A stretch of DNA of 64,000 bases from positions 1 through 64,000 of IMG/VR virus record IMGVR_UViG_2974556156_000001; one strand, given 5' to 3'. The notes under the pieces are model-generated. The model made no database searches, was not told where the DNA came from, and worked only from the letters and a program-made list of their open reading frames with translations. The DNA is from a virus (lineage: Duplodnaviria > Caudoviricetes). Both the position numbers and the translations under genes were made by a program. Below, piece after piece: positions 36,376 through 45,579 of the stretch; within the stretch, counting starts at the first letter, position 1, and every line of letters begins with the position of its first letter.

Positions 36376-37058
36376 ACCTGTCCGATCTCCAGGCTCATCT
36401 GAAGACCAGCGGTCGCTACAGCGGCAAGGTCGATGGTATCTGGGGCCGCCTGACGTCCTCGGCGATCCTGCTGATGATGACCGACGGTCCCGATACCGCA
36501 CTGGTCGAGGCGGACTTCGCCGCCTCGGCCCAGCGCCTGGCGGTCCCTATCCGCAACATCAAGGCTGTGACGCAGGTCGAAGCGCCGGGCTCGGGCTTCC
36601 AGGCGGGTCTACCGAAGATCCTGCCGGAGCCGCACCGCTTCTCGCGGAATACGGGCGGCCGGTTCGATCGGACCTATCCGACCATCTCGTATCCGAACTG
36701 GGGTGCCCGGCCGTATCCGGCCACCCAGGACGCCCGCTACGACACCTTGCTGGCCATGGTCCGTCTGGACGTGGACGCTGGCTTCGCTTCGGCCTCCTAT
36801 GGCCGCTTCCAGATCATGGGGGAAAACGCCGGCATGTGCGGCTACGCCTCCAGCATGGCCTTCGCGGAGGCCATGGCGCGTGACGAGAAGACCCAGCTGC
36901 GGGCCTTCGAGGCGTTCGTCACAAAGAAGGGTCTGGTCCAGGCCCTTCGTCAGATCTCGACCAATCCGGCCGACTGTGTGCCGTTCGCCAGAGGCTATAA
37001 CGGCACAGGCTTCGCCAAGCAGAACTACCACGGCAAGATCGCTGCGGCCGTCCGATGA
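36372..37058 (+). CDS. endolysin: peptidoglycan-binding N-terminus plus N-acetylmuramidase (DUF3380/PF11860)
   Basis: VDGIWGRLT binding motif; AVTQVEA, PKILPEPHRF, SASYGRFQIMGEN. Confidence 0.9.
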   Translation: MNLSDLQAHLKTSGRYSGKVDGIWGRLTSSAILLMMTDGPDTALVEADFAASAQRLAVPIRNIKAVTQVEAPGSGFQAGLPKILPEPHRFSRNTGGRFDRTYPTISYPNWGARPYPATQDARYDTLLAMVRLDVDAGFASASYGRFQIMGENAGMCGYASSMAFAEAMARDEKTQLRAFEAFVTKKGLVQALRQISTNPADCVPFARGYNGTGFAKQNYHGKIAAAVR

Positions 37059-37498
37059 ACATCCCCTGGATCACCATCGGGGTCGCCGCCAGCGCCTTGG
37101 CTACCGGCATCGCCGGAGGCTACTTGGTTCGTGAGGAAATTGGCGATCGGCGCATCGAGAGGTGCGCCACCAGCATCGGCAAGATCCGCGAGGGTGACGA
37201 AAGCCTGAAGGGCTGTGCTGTCCCCATCCAGAACGCTTTTGCGGCGGTCAAGTCGGCTTTGCAGACGACCGAGATTGAGTACCGCGACAAGACCAACACG
37301 ATCGTGGTCCACGATCAGACCGAGGACCGTCAGCGTTACGCTCAAGAACTGCTCGACGTCCAAGCCCTCCAACAGGTGACCAAGACCGATGCGTGCGCCG
37401 CTTCTCCTGCTATGCGCCTTCGTCGTGAGCAGCTGCTCCGGGATGAAGGACCTGCCGAAGTTCCAGCTGAACGCCCGGCCTACCAAGCTCCCCGCTGA
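37055..37498 (+). CDS. i-spanin (Rz-like)
   Basis: N-terminal TM plus coiled coil, after the endolysin. Confidence 0.75.
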   Translation: MNIPWITIGVAASALATGIAGGYLVREEIGDRRIERCATSIGKIREGDESLKGCAVPIQNAFAAVKSALQTTEIEYRDKTNTIVVHDQTEDRQRYAQELLDVQALQQVTKTDACAASPAMRLRREQLLRDEGPAEVPAERPAYQAPR

Positions 37499-37691
37499 GC
37501 TGTTCACCTGTGACCCTGCGCCGGGCGCTTGGCCGGCGGACGCGGATGACGTCGCGATGGCGGTGAACGAGACCAAGCGCACGGCGGCAGGAAACAGCTG
37601 CCGTCAGCAGCTGCACACGCTCTGCCAGATCTACAAGGCCAACAACCTGGTCATCGGCGAGTGCATTGCGCCCAAGACGGTCAAGCCTTAA
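37389..37691 (+). CDS. o-spanin (Rz1-like lipoprotein), overlapping the i-spanin
   Basis: MRAPLLLLCAFVVSSC lipobox; Pro-rich; overlaps i-spanin by 110 nt in another frame. Confidence 0.8.
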   Translation: MRAPLLLLCAFVVSSCSGMKDLPKFQLNARPTKLPAELFTCDPAPGAWPADADDVAMAVNETKRTAAGNSCRQQLHTLCQIYKANNLVIGECIAPKTVKP

Positions 37692-37718
37692 AAGACGCCA
37701 TCAACCAAGGAGAGCACC

Positions 37719-38222
37719 GTGAGCGCCAATTCCGAAGAAGACATCCTGGAACTGCGCCGACAGGGCGAACGGTCCTTCAACAACACGGTGGTGGCCACGG
37801 CTGTCCCCACCATCCAGGCCTCGACCTATGCCTCGGGCAACGTGGTCGGCTCGCTAATGGATCTGCCAGGTATGGGTGTGAGCACCAGCCTGGACGGTCT
37901 GTTGCAGTCGGTTTCCTTGTTCTCGAAGACGGCGCAAACGGCCCCTATGGATCTGATCCTGTTCCATACTGAACCTGTCACCAGCTTCGTCGATAAGACT
38001 GTCCTAGCTCTCGGCGTTGAGGATGTTGATAAGATCCTCGACGTGGTGCCTCTAACGAGCTGGACCAACCTGGGCACGCCCAGTATCAGCCAGGCCAAGG
38101 GTCTTTCCGAACCCTACCGCCTGGCTACGACGACGATGCACGCCCTGTTGGTGGCCCGAGGCTCTTTCACGTTCGGCTCGACGTCAGATCTGAAGCTTGC
38201 GGCTAAGGCGTTTGTGGACTGA
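37719..38222 (+). CDS. putative virion accessory protein
   Basis: AAGGAG SD, GTG start, 167 aa beta-rich. Confidence 0.7.
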   Translation: MSANSEEDILELRRQGERSFNNTVVATAVPTIQASTYASGNVVGSLMDLPGMGVSTSLDGLLQSVSLFSKTAQTAPMDLILFHTEPVTSFVDKTVLALGVEDVDKILDVVPLTSWTNLGTPSISQAKGLSEPYRLATTTMHALLVARGSFTFGSTSDLKLAAKAFVD

Positions 38223-39403
38223 TGCGCCTGCGGCCTCAATTTATCGCGAGCGTGCTCACCCCTAAGAGGGGTGAGGGCGACCCCATAGCCGCGCTGTTCG
38301 CCAACGGCTCGCCGGGTCTCGACTACGATTTCTCCAAGACCGATCGCCTGTTTCAGGACAGCAGCGGCGTCACTGCTGTGACCCTGTTAGATGACCCGAT
38401 CGGCCTGGCGCTTGATAGTGACCAGTGGGCGGGACGGACTCTTGCTCAGCAGATCGCCTCCATGCCGGGGATGCTTGCGAACCCGACCTTTGTAGGCGGT
38501 TTGGCCGGGTGGTTCGAAGGCAACCCGTCCGTCGCTTGGCAGGCTGACGGAAGGGTTCTGCTCACCAGGGTCGGCCAGAACGCCGTCCTGCGACAAGTCG
38601 TTCCTGTGGTTGCAGGCCGGACCTACCGCTTGGCCGCGAGCGCACTACGCACCGTGGGAACAGGCAACATGGTGGCCCTAGTGCGGGATACCGCAAACGT
38701 CGCTTTGTCGACTGTCTTGAACTTCAACACATCGGCCGCCGAACAGGCGACCTACTGGACCGCGACCTTTACAGGCGACGTTCGGATCTGCCTGGAGCGC
38801 ACCACGACGGACGGGCAAGGGGAGGCCTACAGTGCCTCCTTCAAAGAGGTTGTCACGAGCCCAGCGGTCCAAGCTACCGCCAATTTCAAACCGCGCTTCC
38901 AGCCGGATGGGGCGAAGTTTGACGCCGTCGACGACCGCTTGGTGAGCAACTACACGCCGCCCAACACAACAACCGCTCCTAGCTGCATGATCGCGCGAGT
39001 GACGGTCCCGACAACGCTCGCGGCGTCTCAAATGATCGCGGGGTCCTTCAACGGGACCAGCCAGCGGTTTTTCCTCTCGGTCGGTTCAGACGGTCGGATG
39101 CGAGCCGGCGGGGGCACAGAAAACCTTCCGTTCGGCTCAGACATTCGCGGCCAGTCCGTGGTGATGGGCATGAGCTTCGACGCTACGACCTTCCGTGTCT
39201 TCCTGAACGACAGCGAGCTTTATTCAGGTTCACCATCAGGGTCGGTTTCCCCGCTTCACCCCCTCTATGTCGGCTGCTTCAACAGCAACGGCAGCGCAGG
39301 GGGGTTTTGGGGAGGCCACATCAAGCGCCTGCTTGTCGCCCAGAAGTCGCTCGAACTCCCTCAGTTCCTCGCCATCCGCAACCGCCTTCTCTCTGGAGCA
39401 TAA
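38222..39403 (+). CDS. lectin-like protein (carbohydrate-binding insert plus LamG/ConA-like domain)
   Basis: LFA.G..G.DYD...LFQD..G...V N-terminus; QAT...P.F....FD.VDD; F.G.IKR C-terminus. Confidence 0.7.
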   Translation: MRLRPQFIASVLTPKRGEGDPIAALFANGSPGLDYDFSKTDRLFQDSSGVTAVTLLDDPIGLALDSDQWAGRTLAQQIASMPGMLANPTFVGGLAGWFEGNPSVAWQADGRVLLTRVGQNAVLRQVVPVVAGRTYRLAASALRTVGTGNMVALVRDTANVALSTVLNFNTSAAEQATYWTATFTGDVRICLERTTTDGQGEAYSASFKEVVTSPAVQATANFKPRFQPDGAKFDAVDDRLVSNYTPPNTTTAPSCMIARVTVPTTLAASQMIAGSFNGTSQRFFLSVGSDGRMRAGGGTENLPFGSDIRGQSVVMGMSFDATTFRVFLNDSELYSGSPSGSVSPLHPLYVGCFNSNGSAGGFWGGHIKRLLVAQKSLELPQFLAIRNRLLSGA

Positions 39404-39409
39404 GAACCA

Positions 39410-39817
39410 ATGTCTGGTTTGCCCGTCATCATGATCTGCACCGCCGCCGCCCAGGTGAATATCAACCGTGTTTGGGAAGCCATGGGGCGTGGCCCTGGCA
39501 CGTTCAGCCGCAAGCTTACGACCGAAACCACCCCTACGGTGGAAAGCCCGGCGACCCACTACCTGTCGAGCGACGCCAGCACCGACCAAGCGACCGTCGC
39601 AATCTGGCAGGGCTTCGCTGGCGGCGACCTCCCGCCGCTGCCCGAGGGCGTGGTGTGGGGCGAGGAAGGCGTCATCTCTGCCGCAGACGCCATGGCCGCG
39701 ATCTCGGGCGCTAACCTGCAGATCTACTCCGCCTCCGGCGACGTCGAGCCGATCGACCACGCCAACGGCGTCCTGCTGGGCCGTGGTCTCAAGTGGGTTC
39801 CGGAGCCGGAAGCCTAA
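39410..39817 (+). CDS. hypothetical protein linked to the lectin gene
   Basis: GGAG SD, 135 aa, GC3-rich codons. Confidence 0.7.
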   Translation: MSGLPVIMICTAAAQVNINRVWEAMGRGPGTFSRKLTTETTPTVESPATHYLSSDASTDQATVAIWQGFAGGDLPPLPEGVVWGEEGVISAADAMAAISGANLQIYSASGDVEPIDHANGVLLGRGLKWVPEPEA

Positions 39818-39901
39818 GCCCCACTCCCGTACATCAACTGCGCTTGCCCTCCAAACTACCCAGCCTTAAAACCGCTGGGTAGCCTCACTTGGAGATATAC
39901 C

Positions 39902-39973
39902 ATGCTGGTCATTACCACTCTCGACGGTACCAGGTTGTGGCGCTTGCGGGGACCTCCCCGCGAACCTGGCTAG
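39902..39973 (+). CDS. candidate 23-aa peptide MLVITTLDGTRLWRLRGPPREPG
   Basis: Strong SD GGAGATATACC-ATG; stop TAG overlaps the next SD; not in ORF track. Confidence 0.35.
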   Translation: MLVITTLDGTRLWRLRGPPREPG

Positions 39974-39983
39974 GAGAACCATC

Positions 39984-40199
39984 ATGACCACGACCGTTAA
40001 GGTGCAGTCGCACAACCACCCAGCCCGCGTCGAGATCTACGACAACGGCAAGAAGACCGAGGAGCGCGTCCTGCGTCCCGAGGATGGTGAGGTGTCGTTC
40101 TACACCACTACCACCCGCGAACTGCGCATCGTGGACGTCGACTACGACTACGAGCAGAAGGGTGTCTATGATGGGCAGGAAGAACCTGCTCCTGAATAG
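39984..40199 (+). CDS. small hypothetical protein
   Basis: AGGAG SD, 71 aa. Confidence 0.7.
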   Translation: MTTTVKVQSHNHPARVEIYDNGKKTEERVLRPEDGEVSFYTTTTRELRIVDVDYDYEQKGVYDGQEEPAPE

Positions 40200-40203
40200 A
40201 AGG

Positions 40204-40232
40204 AAGGCCCCAGGAGCGATCCTGGGGCCTTT
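40204..40232. terminator. terminator at the convergence of the two arms (probably bidirectional)
   Basis: AAGGCCCCAGGA-gcga-TCCTGGGGCCTT between convergent stops. Confidence 0.8.
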
Positions 40233-40235
40233 ACC

Positions 40236-41321
40236 TTAGCTCTCGTCCTTGAGAGCATCGAACCTCTTCCACATGTCCCCGTAGTTGCCCCTAGAGGCCG
40301 CCTTGGAGTAGGCCGTCGCCCGGCCCTCGAAGAAGTTCATGTGCTCGACACCCGACAGCAGCGGCTGGAGCCACGGCAGGGGATTGTCGGTATGGTGGCC
40401 GAAGAGGTGGGGCAGATCCATCTGAGCCATACGCCAGTCGGCGATGAACTCGACATAGTTCTTGATGTCCTGAGCCTCCATGCCTTCCACACCCCCCAGC
40501 TCGAAGGCGGTGTCGATGAAGGCATGTTCCTGACGGACCACCTCGCGACCGATCTCACGGATCTCATCCTTGACGTCCTGGGTCAGCTCGCCGGTCTCGC
40601 GCGCGTAGGCGTGGAACAGCTTGAGGATGCCCTCGCAGTGGATGCTCTCGTCGCGTACCGACCACGAGACGATCTGACCCATACCCTTCATCAGGTTGAA
40701 GCGCGGGAAGTTCATCAACATGGCGAACGAGGCGAAGACCTGCAGCCCCTCGGCGAAGCCGCCGAACATCGCCATGGTCTTCAGCACGCCCTTGGGGCTG
40801 TCGACGTCGAAGGAGTGCCAGTACTCGACCTTGGCCTTCATGGCCTCGTAGTCGGCGAACGCCTCGTACTCGGCCTCCGGCATGCCTACGGTCTCCAGCA
40901 GGAGGCTGTAGGCGTCGATGTGGACGGTCTCCATGGCCCCGAACGCGGCCAGCATCATCTTCACCTCGGTGGGCTTGAAAATGCGGCTGTAGCGCTCGTG
41001 GTAGTTGTTCATCACCTCCTCGTCCGACTTGGTGAAGAGACGGAAGATCTGGACCAGCAGGTTCTTCTGCTCGGCCGTCAGCTTGGTCTCCCAGTCGCGA
41101 ACGTCCTCGCCGAGCGGGACCTCCTCGCCCAACCAGTGGACCTGCTGCTGCTTCTTCCACAAGTCGTAGGCCCAAGGATAGCGGAACGGCTTGTAGCCGG
41201 CGCTCTCGGTTAGCAGACCAGGCTTGACCTGCTCGGCGATAGCCATCAGCACATCGGCCTTGATGTTCTTGACGAGTGGGGGTTGGTCTAGGCCCAGCAG
41301 GATGGGCGGGTCAGCTCTCAT
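40236..41321 (-). CDS. nrdB: ribonucleotide reductase class Ia beta subunit
   Basis: YKPF.YPW, W..EEV.L..D, E.VH..AY, EG..VF.SF, RDESIH, FFEGR diiron motifs; ATGA-coupled to nrdA. Confidence 0.95.
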   Translation of the reverse strand: MRADPPILLGLDQPPLVKNIKADVLMAIAEQVKPGLLTESAGYKPFRYPWAYDLWKKQQQVHWLGEEVPLGEDVRDWETKLTAEQKNLLVQIFRLFTKSDEEVMNNYHERYSRIFKPTEVKMMLAAFGAMETVHIDAYSLLLETVGMPEAEYEAFADYEAMKAKVEYWHSFDVDSPKGVLKTMAMFGGFAEGLQVFASFAMLMNFPRFNLMKGMGQIVSWSVRDESIHCEGILKLFHAYARETGELTQDVKDEIREIGREVVRQEHAFIDTAFELGGVEGMEAQDIKNYVEFIADWRMAQMDLPHLFGHHTDNPLPWLQPLLSGVEHMNFFEGRATAYSKAASRGNYGDMWKRFDALKDES

Positions 41322-43102
41322 TGACATGCGATGCACTCGTCGTAGTCGGTGGTGGAGGAGATGATGAGCTGGTCGTCGTTGGCGACCGGCGTGGTGGTCG
41401 AACCGGCGTGGGCCGCACGCTGGATCGACTTGGAGCGCAGGTAGTAGGCCGACTTACAGCCCTTCTCCCACATCTTCCAGTGCAGCATGTGGAGGTCCCA
41501 CTTATCGACGTCGGCCGGCAGGAAGACGTTGACCGAGCTAGCCTGGCAGACGTCCTCGGTGCGGTCGGCCGCCAGTTCGACGATCCACCGCTGGTCCATC
41601 TCGAACGCGGTGCGGAACACCTTCTTCTGATCTTCGTTCAGACAGTCAAGATGTTGGACCGAGCCCTCATGTTCGAGGATCGAGTCCCACCAGCGGTCGA
41701 CCATGGTTGGGTCGATCTCGTTGAGCAGCTTGTCGAGGTATCGGTTCCTGATGACCTCAGAGCCGGAGAGGGTCTTGTGGACGTAGAGATTGGCTGGGAT
41801 GGGTTCGATGCCCGCCGACGTGCCGCCCGCGATGATCGAGATCGAGGCGGTCGGGGCCACGGCCAGCTTGTGTGCGAACCGCTCCATCACACCCTGATCA
41901 GCCGCATCCGGGCATGCGCCGCGCTCGACCGCCAACTTCTTGCTGGCCTCGTCGGCCTGCCGGCGTAGATGCTTGAACAACCGCATATTCCAGACCTTGG
42001 CCAGCGGTCCCTCGAACGCCACGCCCTCCGACTGGAGGAAGCTGTGGAAGCCCATGAGCCCCAGGCCCACAGAGCGTTCCCGCATAGCTGAGTAGCGAGC
42101 CTTGGCCATCGTGTCCGGTGCGCGGTCGATGAAGTCCTGAAGGACGTTGTCGAGGAAGCGCATGACGTCCTCGATAAAGGTCGGGTGGTCGCGCCACTGC
42201 CAATAGGTCTCGGCGTTCACCGACGACAGGCAGCAGACCGCCGTGCGGTCGTTGCCCAGGTGGTCGATGCCGGCGTGTAGCATGATTTCGGTGCAGAGGT
42301 TCGACTGGCGCACGCGCAGGCCGACGTCACGCTGGAAGGCCGGCATGTGCTTGTTGGCGGTGTCGGTCCAGACGATGTAGGGCTCACCGGTCGCCAGGCG
42401 CAGGTCGAGGATCTTCTGCCAGATGGTGCGGGCGTGGACCTGCTTGCGGACCTCGCCGGTCTTCGGCGAGCGGAGGTCATACATCGTGTCGTCGCGGACG
42501 GCGATCATGAAGGCGTCGTCGATGTTGACGCCGTGATGGAGATTGAGAGCCTTGCGATTGAAGTCGCCGGAGGGCTTGCGGATCTCCAGGAACTCCTCGA
42601 TCTCCGGGTGGAAGATGTCGAGGTAGACGGCGGCCGAGCCGCGACGGAGAGAGCCCTGCGAGATGGCCAGGGTGAGACTGTCCATGACGCGAATGAAGGG
42701 GATGATGCCGGACGTCTGGCCGCTGTTGCCGACTGGCTCGCCGATGGAGCGGACGTCGCCCCAGTAGGTGCCGATGCCGCCACCGTTGCTGGCCAGCCAG
42801 GTGTTCTCGTTCCAGGTGTTCTGGATGCCCGCCAGGTTGTCCTCGACGCCGTTCAGGAAACAGCTGATCGGAAGGCCGCGCCCCGCGCCGCCATTCGAGA
42901 GGATCGGGGTCGCGGGCATGAACCACAGCTGGGACATGTAGTCATACAGGCGCTGGGCGTGGTCCAGGTTGTCGGAGAAGGCTGTCGCCACACGGGCGAA
43001 CATATCCTGGTAGCTCTCACCAGGGAGGAGGTAGCGTTGCGAGAGGGTGGTCTTGCCAAACGACGTCAAGAGCGCATCGCGCTCTGGGGCCAGCTGCAGC
43101 AT
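41318..43102 (-). CDS. nrdA: ribonucleotide reductase class Ia alpha subunit
   Basis: FMPATPILSNG, PISCFL, QSNLCTEI, AVAPTASIS, KSAYYLR, C-terminal CIACQ; no ATP cone or intein evident. Confidence 0.95.
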   Translation of the reverse strand: MLQLAPERDALLTSFGKTTLSQRYLLPGESYQDMFARVATAFSDNLDHAQRLYDYMSQLWFMPATPILSNGGAGRGLPISCFLNGVEDNLAGIQNTWNENTWLASNGGGIGTYWGDVRSIGEPVGNSGQTSGIIPFIRVMDSLTLAISQGSLRRGSAAVYLDIFHPEIEEFLEIRKPSGDFNRKALNLHHGVNIDDAFMIAVRDDTMYDLRSPKTGEVRKQVHARTIWQKILDLRLATGEPYIVWTDTANKHMPAFQRDVGLRVRQSNLCTEIMLHAGIDHLGNDRTAVCCLSSVNAETYWQWRDHPTFIEDVMRFLDNVLQDFIDRAPDTMAKARYSAMRERSVGLGLMGFHSFLQSEGVAFEGPLAKVWNMRLFKHLRRQADEASKKLAVERGACPDAADQGVMERFAHKLAVAPTASISIIAGGTSAGIEPIPANLYVHKTLSGSEVIRNRYLDKLLNEIDPTMVDRWWDSILEHEGSVQHLDCLNEDQKKVFRTAFEMDQRWIVELAADRTEDVCQASSVNVFLPADVDKWDLHMLHWKMWEKGCKSAYYLRSKSIQRAAHAGSTTTPVANDDQLIISSTTDYDECIACQ

Positions 43103-43128
43103 GTGGGTACTCCGGGATGGGACGAGGA

Positions 43129-43160
43129 CCCTAGCGGCAAAGAGCGATTTGCCGCTAGGG
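43129..43160. other. 13-bp hairpin upstream of nrdA
   Basis: CCCTAGCGGCAAA-gagcga-TTTGCCGCTAGGG. Confidence 0.6.
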
Positions 43161-43174
43161 GTTACTGGTGAATA

Positions 43175-43729
43175 TCAGTCGAAGAAGTGCTTGCGGACCT
43201 TCTCCGTCCAGGCCTCGGCCGAAGGCGCGTCGTTGATCAGCACCTCGTCGACCAGCAGCTCGTCAATGCCGGCCTCCGAAGCGTGGGTGTCGTCCTTGGG
43301 TAGGCCCGGCCGCTCGATGCGGAAAATGCTGCCACCGTTCTCGCGCAGAATATCCACCTCGTTGGGAAAGCGGACGTCAGTGACCACCACGGTTTCGAAA
43401 TCCTCGGCCCATGCGGCGTTGACCAGGATGTTGGCCCAGAGGTTGGGGTGCATCAAGTCCCGACCCCATTCGGTACCCAGGAGCTGCATGGCCTGACGTG
43501 GCGATTTATCACCCAGGAAGCGAGTGGGTTGTTCCTTCAGATCACCGTGAAGCATACGCTGGATCACTTCCTCCCCGACCCCTTGATAGGCCAGCAAGGT
43601 GCCGATCATGAGCTTGATCGGTGTAGCGAACGACATCTCCAGCCAGCCTGCCGCGCGGCCGGCCTCGGCCGCAGTGTTCTTGCCGGAACGCTTACGCCCG
43701 GCAAGGCCAATGAATTGAACCTTCGTCAC
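43175..43729 (-). CDS. deoxynucleoside monophosphate kinase (T4 gp1/T5 dNK-like)
   Basis: GLAGRKRSGKNT, PRQAMQLLGTEWGR, TDVRFPNE; GTG 43729 in GTGA overlap. Confidence 0.9.
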   Translation of the reverse strand: MTKVQFIGLAGRKRSGKNTAAEAGRAAGWLEMSFATPIKLMIGTLLAYQGVGEEVIQRMLHGDLKEQPTRFLGDKSPRQAMQLLGTEWGRDLMHPNLWANILVNAAWAEDFETVVVTDVRFPNEVDILRENGGSIFRIERPGLPKDDTHASEAGIDELLVDEVLINDAPSAEAWTEKVRKHFFD

Positions 43730-44589
43730 GACCAGTAGTCCTCCATGATATTGCGGAACGAGCGCCACCCCTGGAAGTTGGCCCAGCGGCCAGCCTGCGG
43801 CTTGGCCTGGTGTTCCAGGGGCGAGGCGTGCTTGATCTTCGCCCCAACCAGCCGGCTGTAGAGCGGCAGATCTTCATCGACCGTCGAGCGCCGGCCGTCG
43901 TGGGTGAGATAGGAGGTCCGGGCGCACCGGGCGGCCGAGACCTTGGCGGTGTATTCGTAGAGCCCGTCGGTGTCAGTGACGCCGGTGGCGTCCCTGATCG
44001 CCGGCATATCGACGTCGAGGTCGATGTAGGGCAGATGCCAGCCGAAGTCGCGATCGAGGACCGCCGGGGCCGAGTTGTCCATGGCCTCACGCATGGCGCG
44101 GGCCAGGAGTTGGATAGATGGGTCGGCGTCGGGGTGATCGCGGAGCAGGAAGAAGTTGTCCCAGTCCGTCGCCGTCACGACCACGTTGATGTGGGCGAAA
44201 GGCTCCAGCAGTCGGTTGGCGACCTGCTTGTGGTAGCCGGCCTTGGCGAAGCGGCGAGCGGCATCCACGGCGACATCGCGAGCACGGGTCCAGGCGATCT
44301 CAGCCGGGACTTGATCGTTACGGAAGACGACCGGAGCGTCATGCTCCTCGCGAGCCTGCATTCCTGGCTGGTTCTTGCCCCAGTGAGTGGGGATCGCCGG
44401 ATCGTCCAACACATCCTGGATCAGACGCTCGACCGGGATGGCTCGGCTCGACGAGGCGTTCCGGCTGAACTGCCGGTGCGTCATGAACTCGGCGTGGATG
44501 AAGCGCGGATAGCGCAGCTGCATCGTCGTCAGGCGGTCGCCCGTGAAGGGCGAGATGCTGTCGGCGATGATCTTGGCGGTCGTGGTCAT
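43726..44589 (-). CDS. thyX: flavin-dependent thymidylate synthase
   Basis: PRFIHAEFMTHRQFSRNASSSRAIP (RHRxxS-type motif), HKQVANRLLEPF, HASPLEH. Confidence 0.85.
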   Translation of the reverse strand: MTTTAKIIADSISPFTGDRLTTMQLRYPRFIHAEFMTHRQFSRNASSSRAIPVERLIQDVLDDPAIPTHWGKNQPGMQAREEHDAPVVFRNDQVPAEIAWTRARDVAVDAARRFAKAGYHKQVANRLLEPFAHINVVVTATDWDNFFLLRDHPDADPSIQLLARAMREAMDNSAPAVLDRDFGWHLPYIDLDVDMPAIRDATGVTDTDGLYEYTAKVSAARCARTSYLTHDGRRSTVDEDLPLYSRLVGAKIKHASPLEHQAKPQAGRWANFQGWRSFRNIMEDYWS

Positions 44590-44789
44590 GAGCGTCTCCG
44601 ACGGAACATGGCGAACGCCTTGGAGGCGTCCAAAGTGGCGCGCTTGGCGGCGGCGCGCTCGGGTGATTGAGGCAGCCAACCATTGTCGGCTGCCTTCAGG
44701 ACCCTTCTCAGGGCCTTGAGGCTTCTCAAGGCCCGCTTGGCTTCCTTGATAGCGTATTCGGTGCTTTCCAGCTCTTCGCGATTAGACAC
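44586..44789 (-). CDS. small hypothetical protein
   Basis: Coupled at both ends, 67 aa. Confidence 0.6.
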   Translation of the reverse strand: MSNREELESTEYAIKEAKRALRSLKALRRVLKAADNGWLPQSPERAAAKRATLDASKAFAMFRRRRS

Positions 44790-45579
44790 CCCGTGCCTCC
44801 TTCTCGATTTGCTTGGCCCTGATCTTCTCGATCATCTCGGGATGCTCGACGCGCTTCAGCTCACGCATCGCCTCGTCGCCGACGCTAAAGCCGTGGGCTT
44901 CGGCCAGGGCGAACAGCGTCATGGAGACGCCACCGATCTCCTGGCCGACTTCACCCACCGGCCGGCGGTAGGCGTCGAGGGTGACAAAGGCGAAGTCCTC
45001 GTAGGAGAGACCACCCGCCTGGCACAGCTCGGCAGCCTCCTCGGCGAAGCGACGCAGGCGGACCTGCTTGTCGCCCATCTTGAAGCCGATCGCGTCGACC
45101 CAGGCGCGCACTCGCTTCTGGAAGCTGTTGAAGTATGAGGCGATCAGACCTTCAGTGGCGTCGATCACACGCTGGCCAAGATTGGTCATGCTCTGGGTGA
45201 GCCGACGTAGAGCGTCGGTCCTACCCGTCCGACGACCGCTTGTGATAATCAGCTCTGCCGTCGAGAGCTTGCCTGACGACAGGGCTTGCTCCATGGCCAC
45301 GAGATGGGCGTGGGCCAGAGAGCCCTTAGGCATGACAACCTCACCAGCCTGGAGCTGGGCATGCTCCATGGTCCTGTCGCTCGGCTTAACCACACCAAAT
45401 CCACCGCCGGCGGTCGAGAACATCCAGTGGTCCTTGGACACCCGACCTGTAGCGGCGGCTGTCATCCAGTCGGATGGTAGCTTTATGTCGACCAGCTTGA
45501 CGCCCTCCTCAGTGGTGGGCTTGTTGTCGAGGAAGATCGTGAACCTGGCTGCAGGCCGCTGATAGATCTTGCTCTTCAT
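44782..45579 (-). CDS. protein with C-terminal MazG-like (all-alpha NTP pyrophosphatase) domain
   Basis: RRFAEEAAEL...RPVGEVGQEIGGV acidic helix motifs; TGATG-coupled start. Confidence 0.65.
   Translation of the reverse strand: MKSKIYQRPAARFTIFLDNKPTTEEGVKLVDIKLPSDWMTAAATGRVSKDHWMFSTAGGGFGVVKPSDRTMEHAQLQAGEVVMPKGSLAHAHLVAMEQALSSGKLSTAELIITSGRRTGRTDALRRLTQSMTNLGQRVIDATEGLIASYFNSFQKRVRAWVDAIGFKMGDKQVRLRRFAEEAAELCQAGGLSYEDFAFVTLDAYRRPVGEVGQEIGGVSMTLFALAEAHGFSVGDEAMRELKRVEHPEMIEKIRAKQIEKEARGV

Noticed and set aside
39891-39904. GGAGATATACCATG identical to the T7/pET ribosome-binding site (vector contamination)
   Set aside because: Match is only 14 nt and the flanks are not vector-like; best explained as a convergent strong SD
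41318-43102. Class II (B12) ribonucleotide reductase, or an intein/intron in nrdA or nrdB
   Set aside because: Adjacent diiron beta subunit and C-terminal CxxC indicate class Ia; both ORFs are compact and uninterrupted
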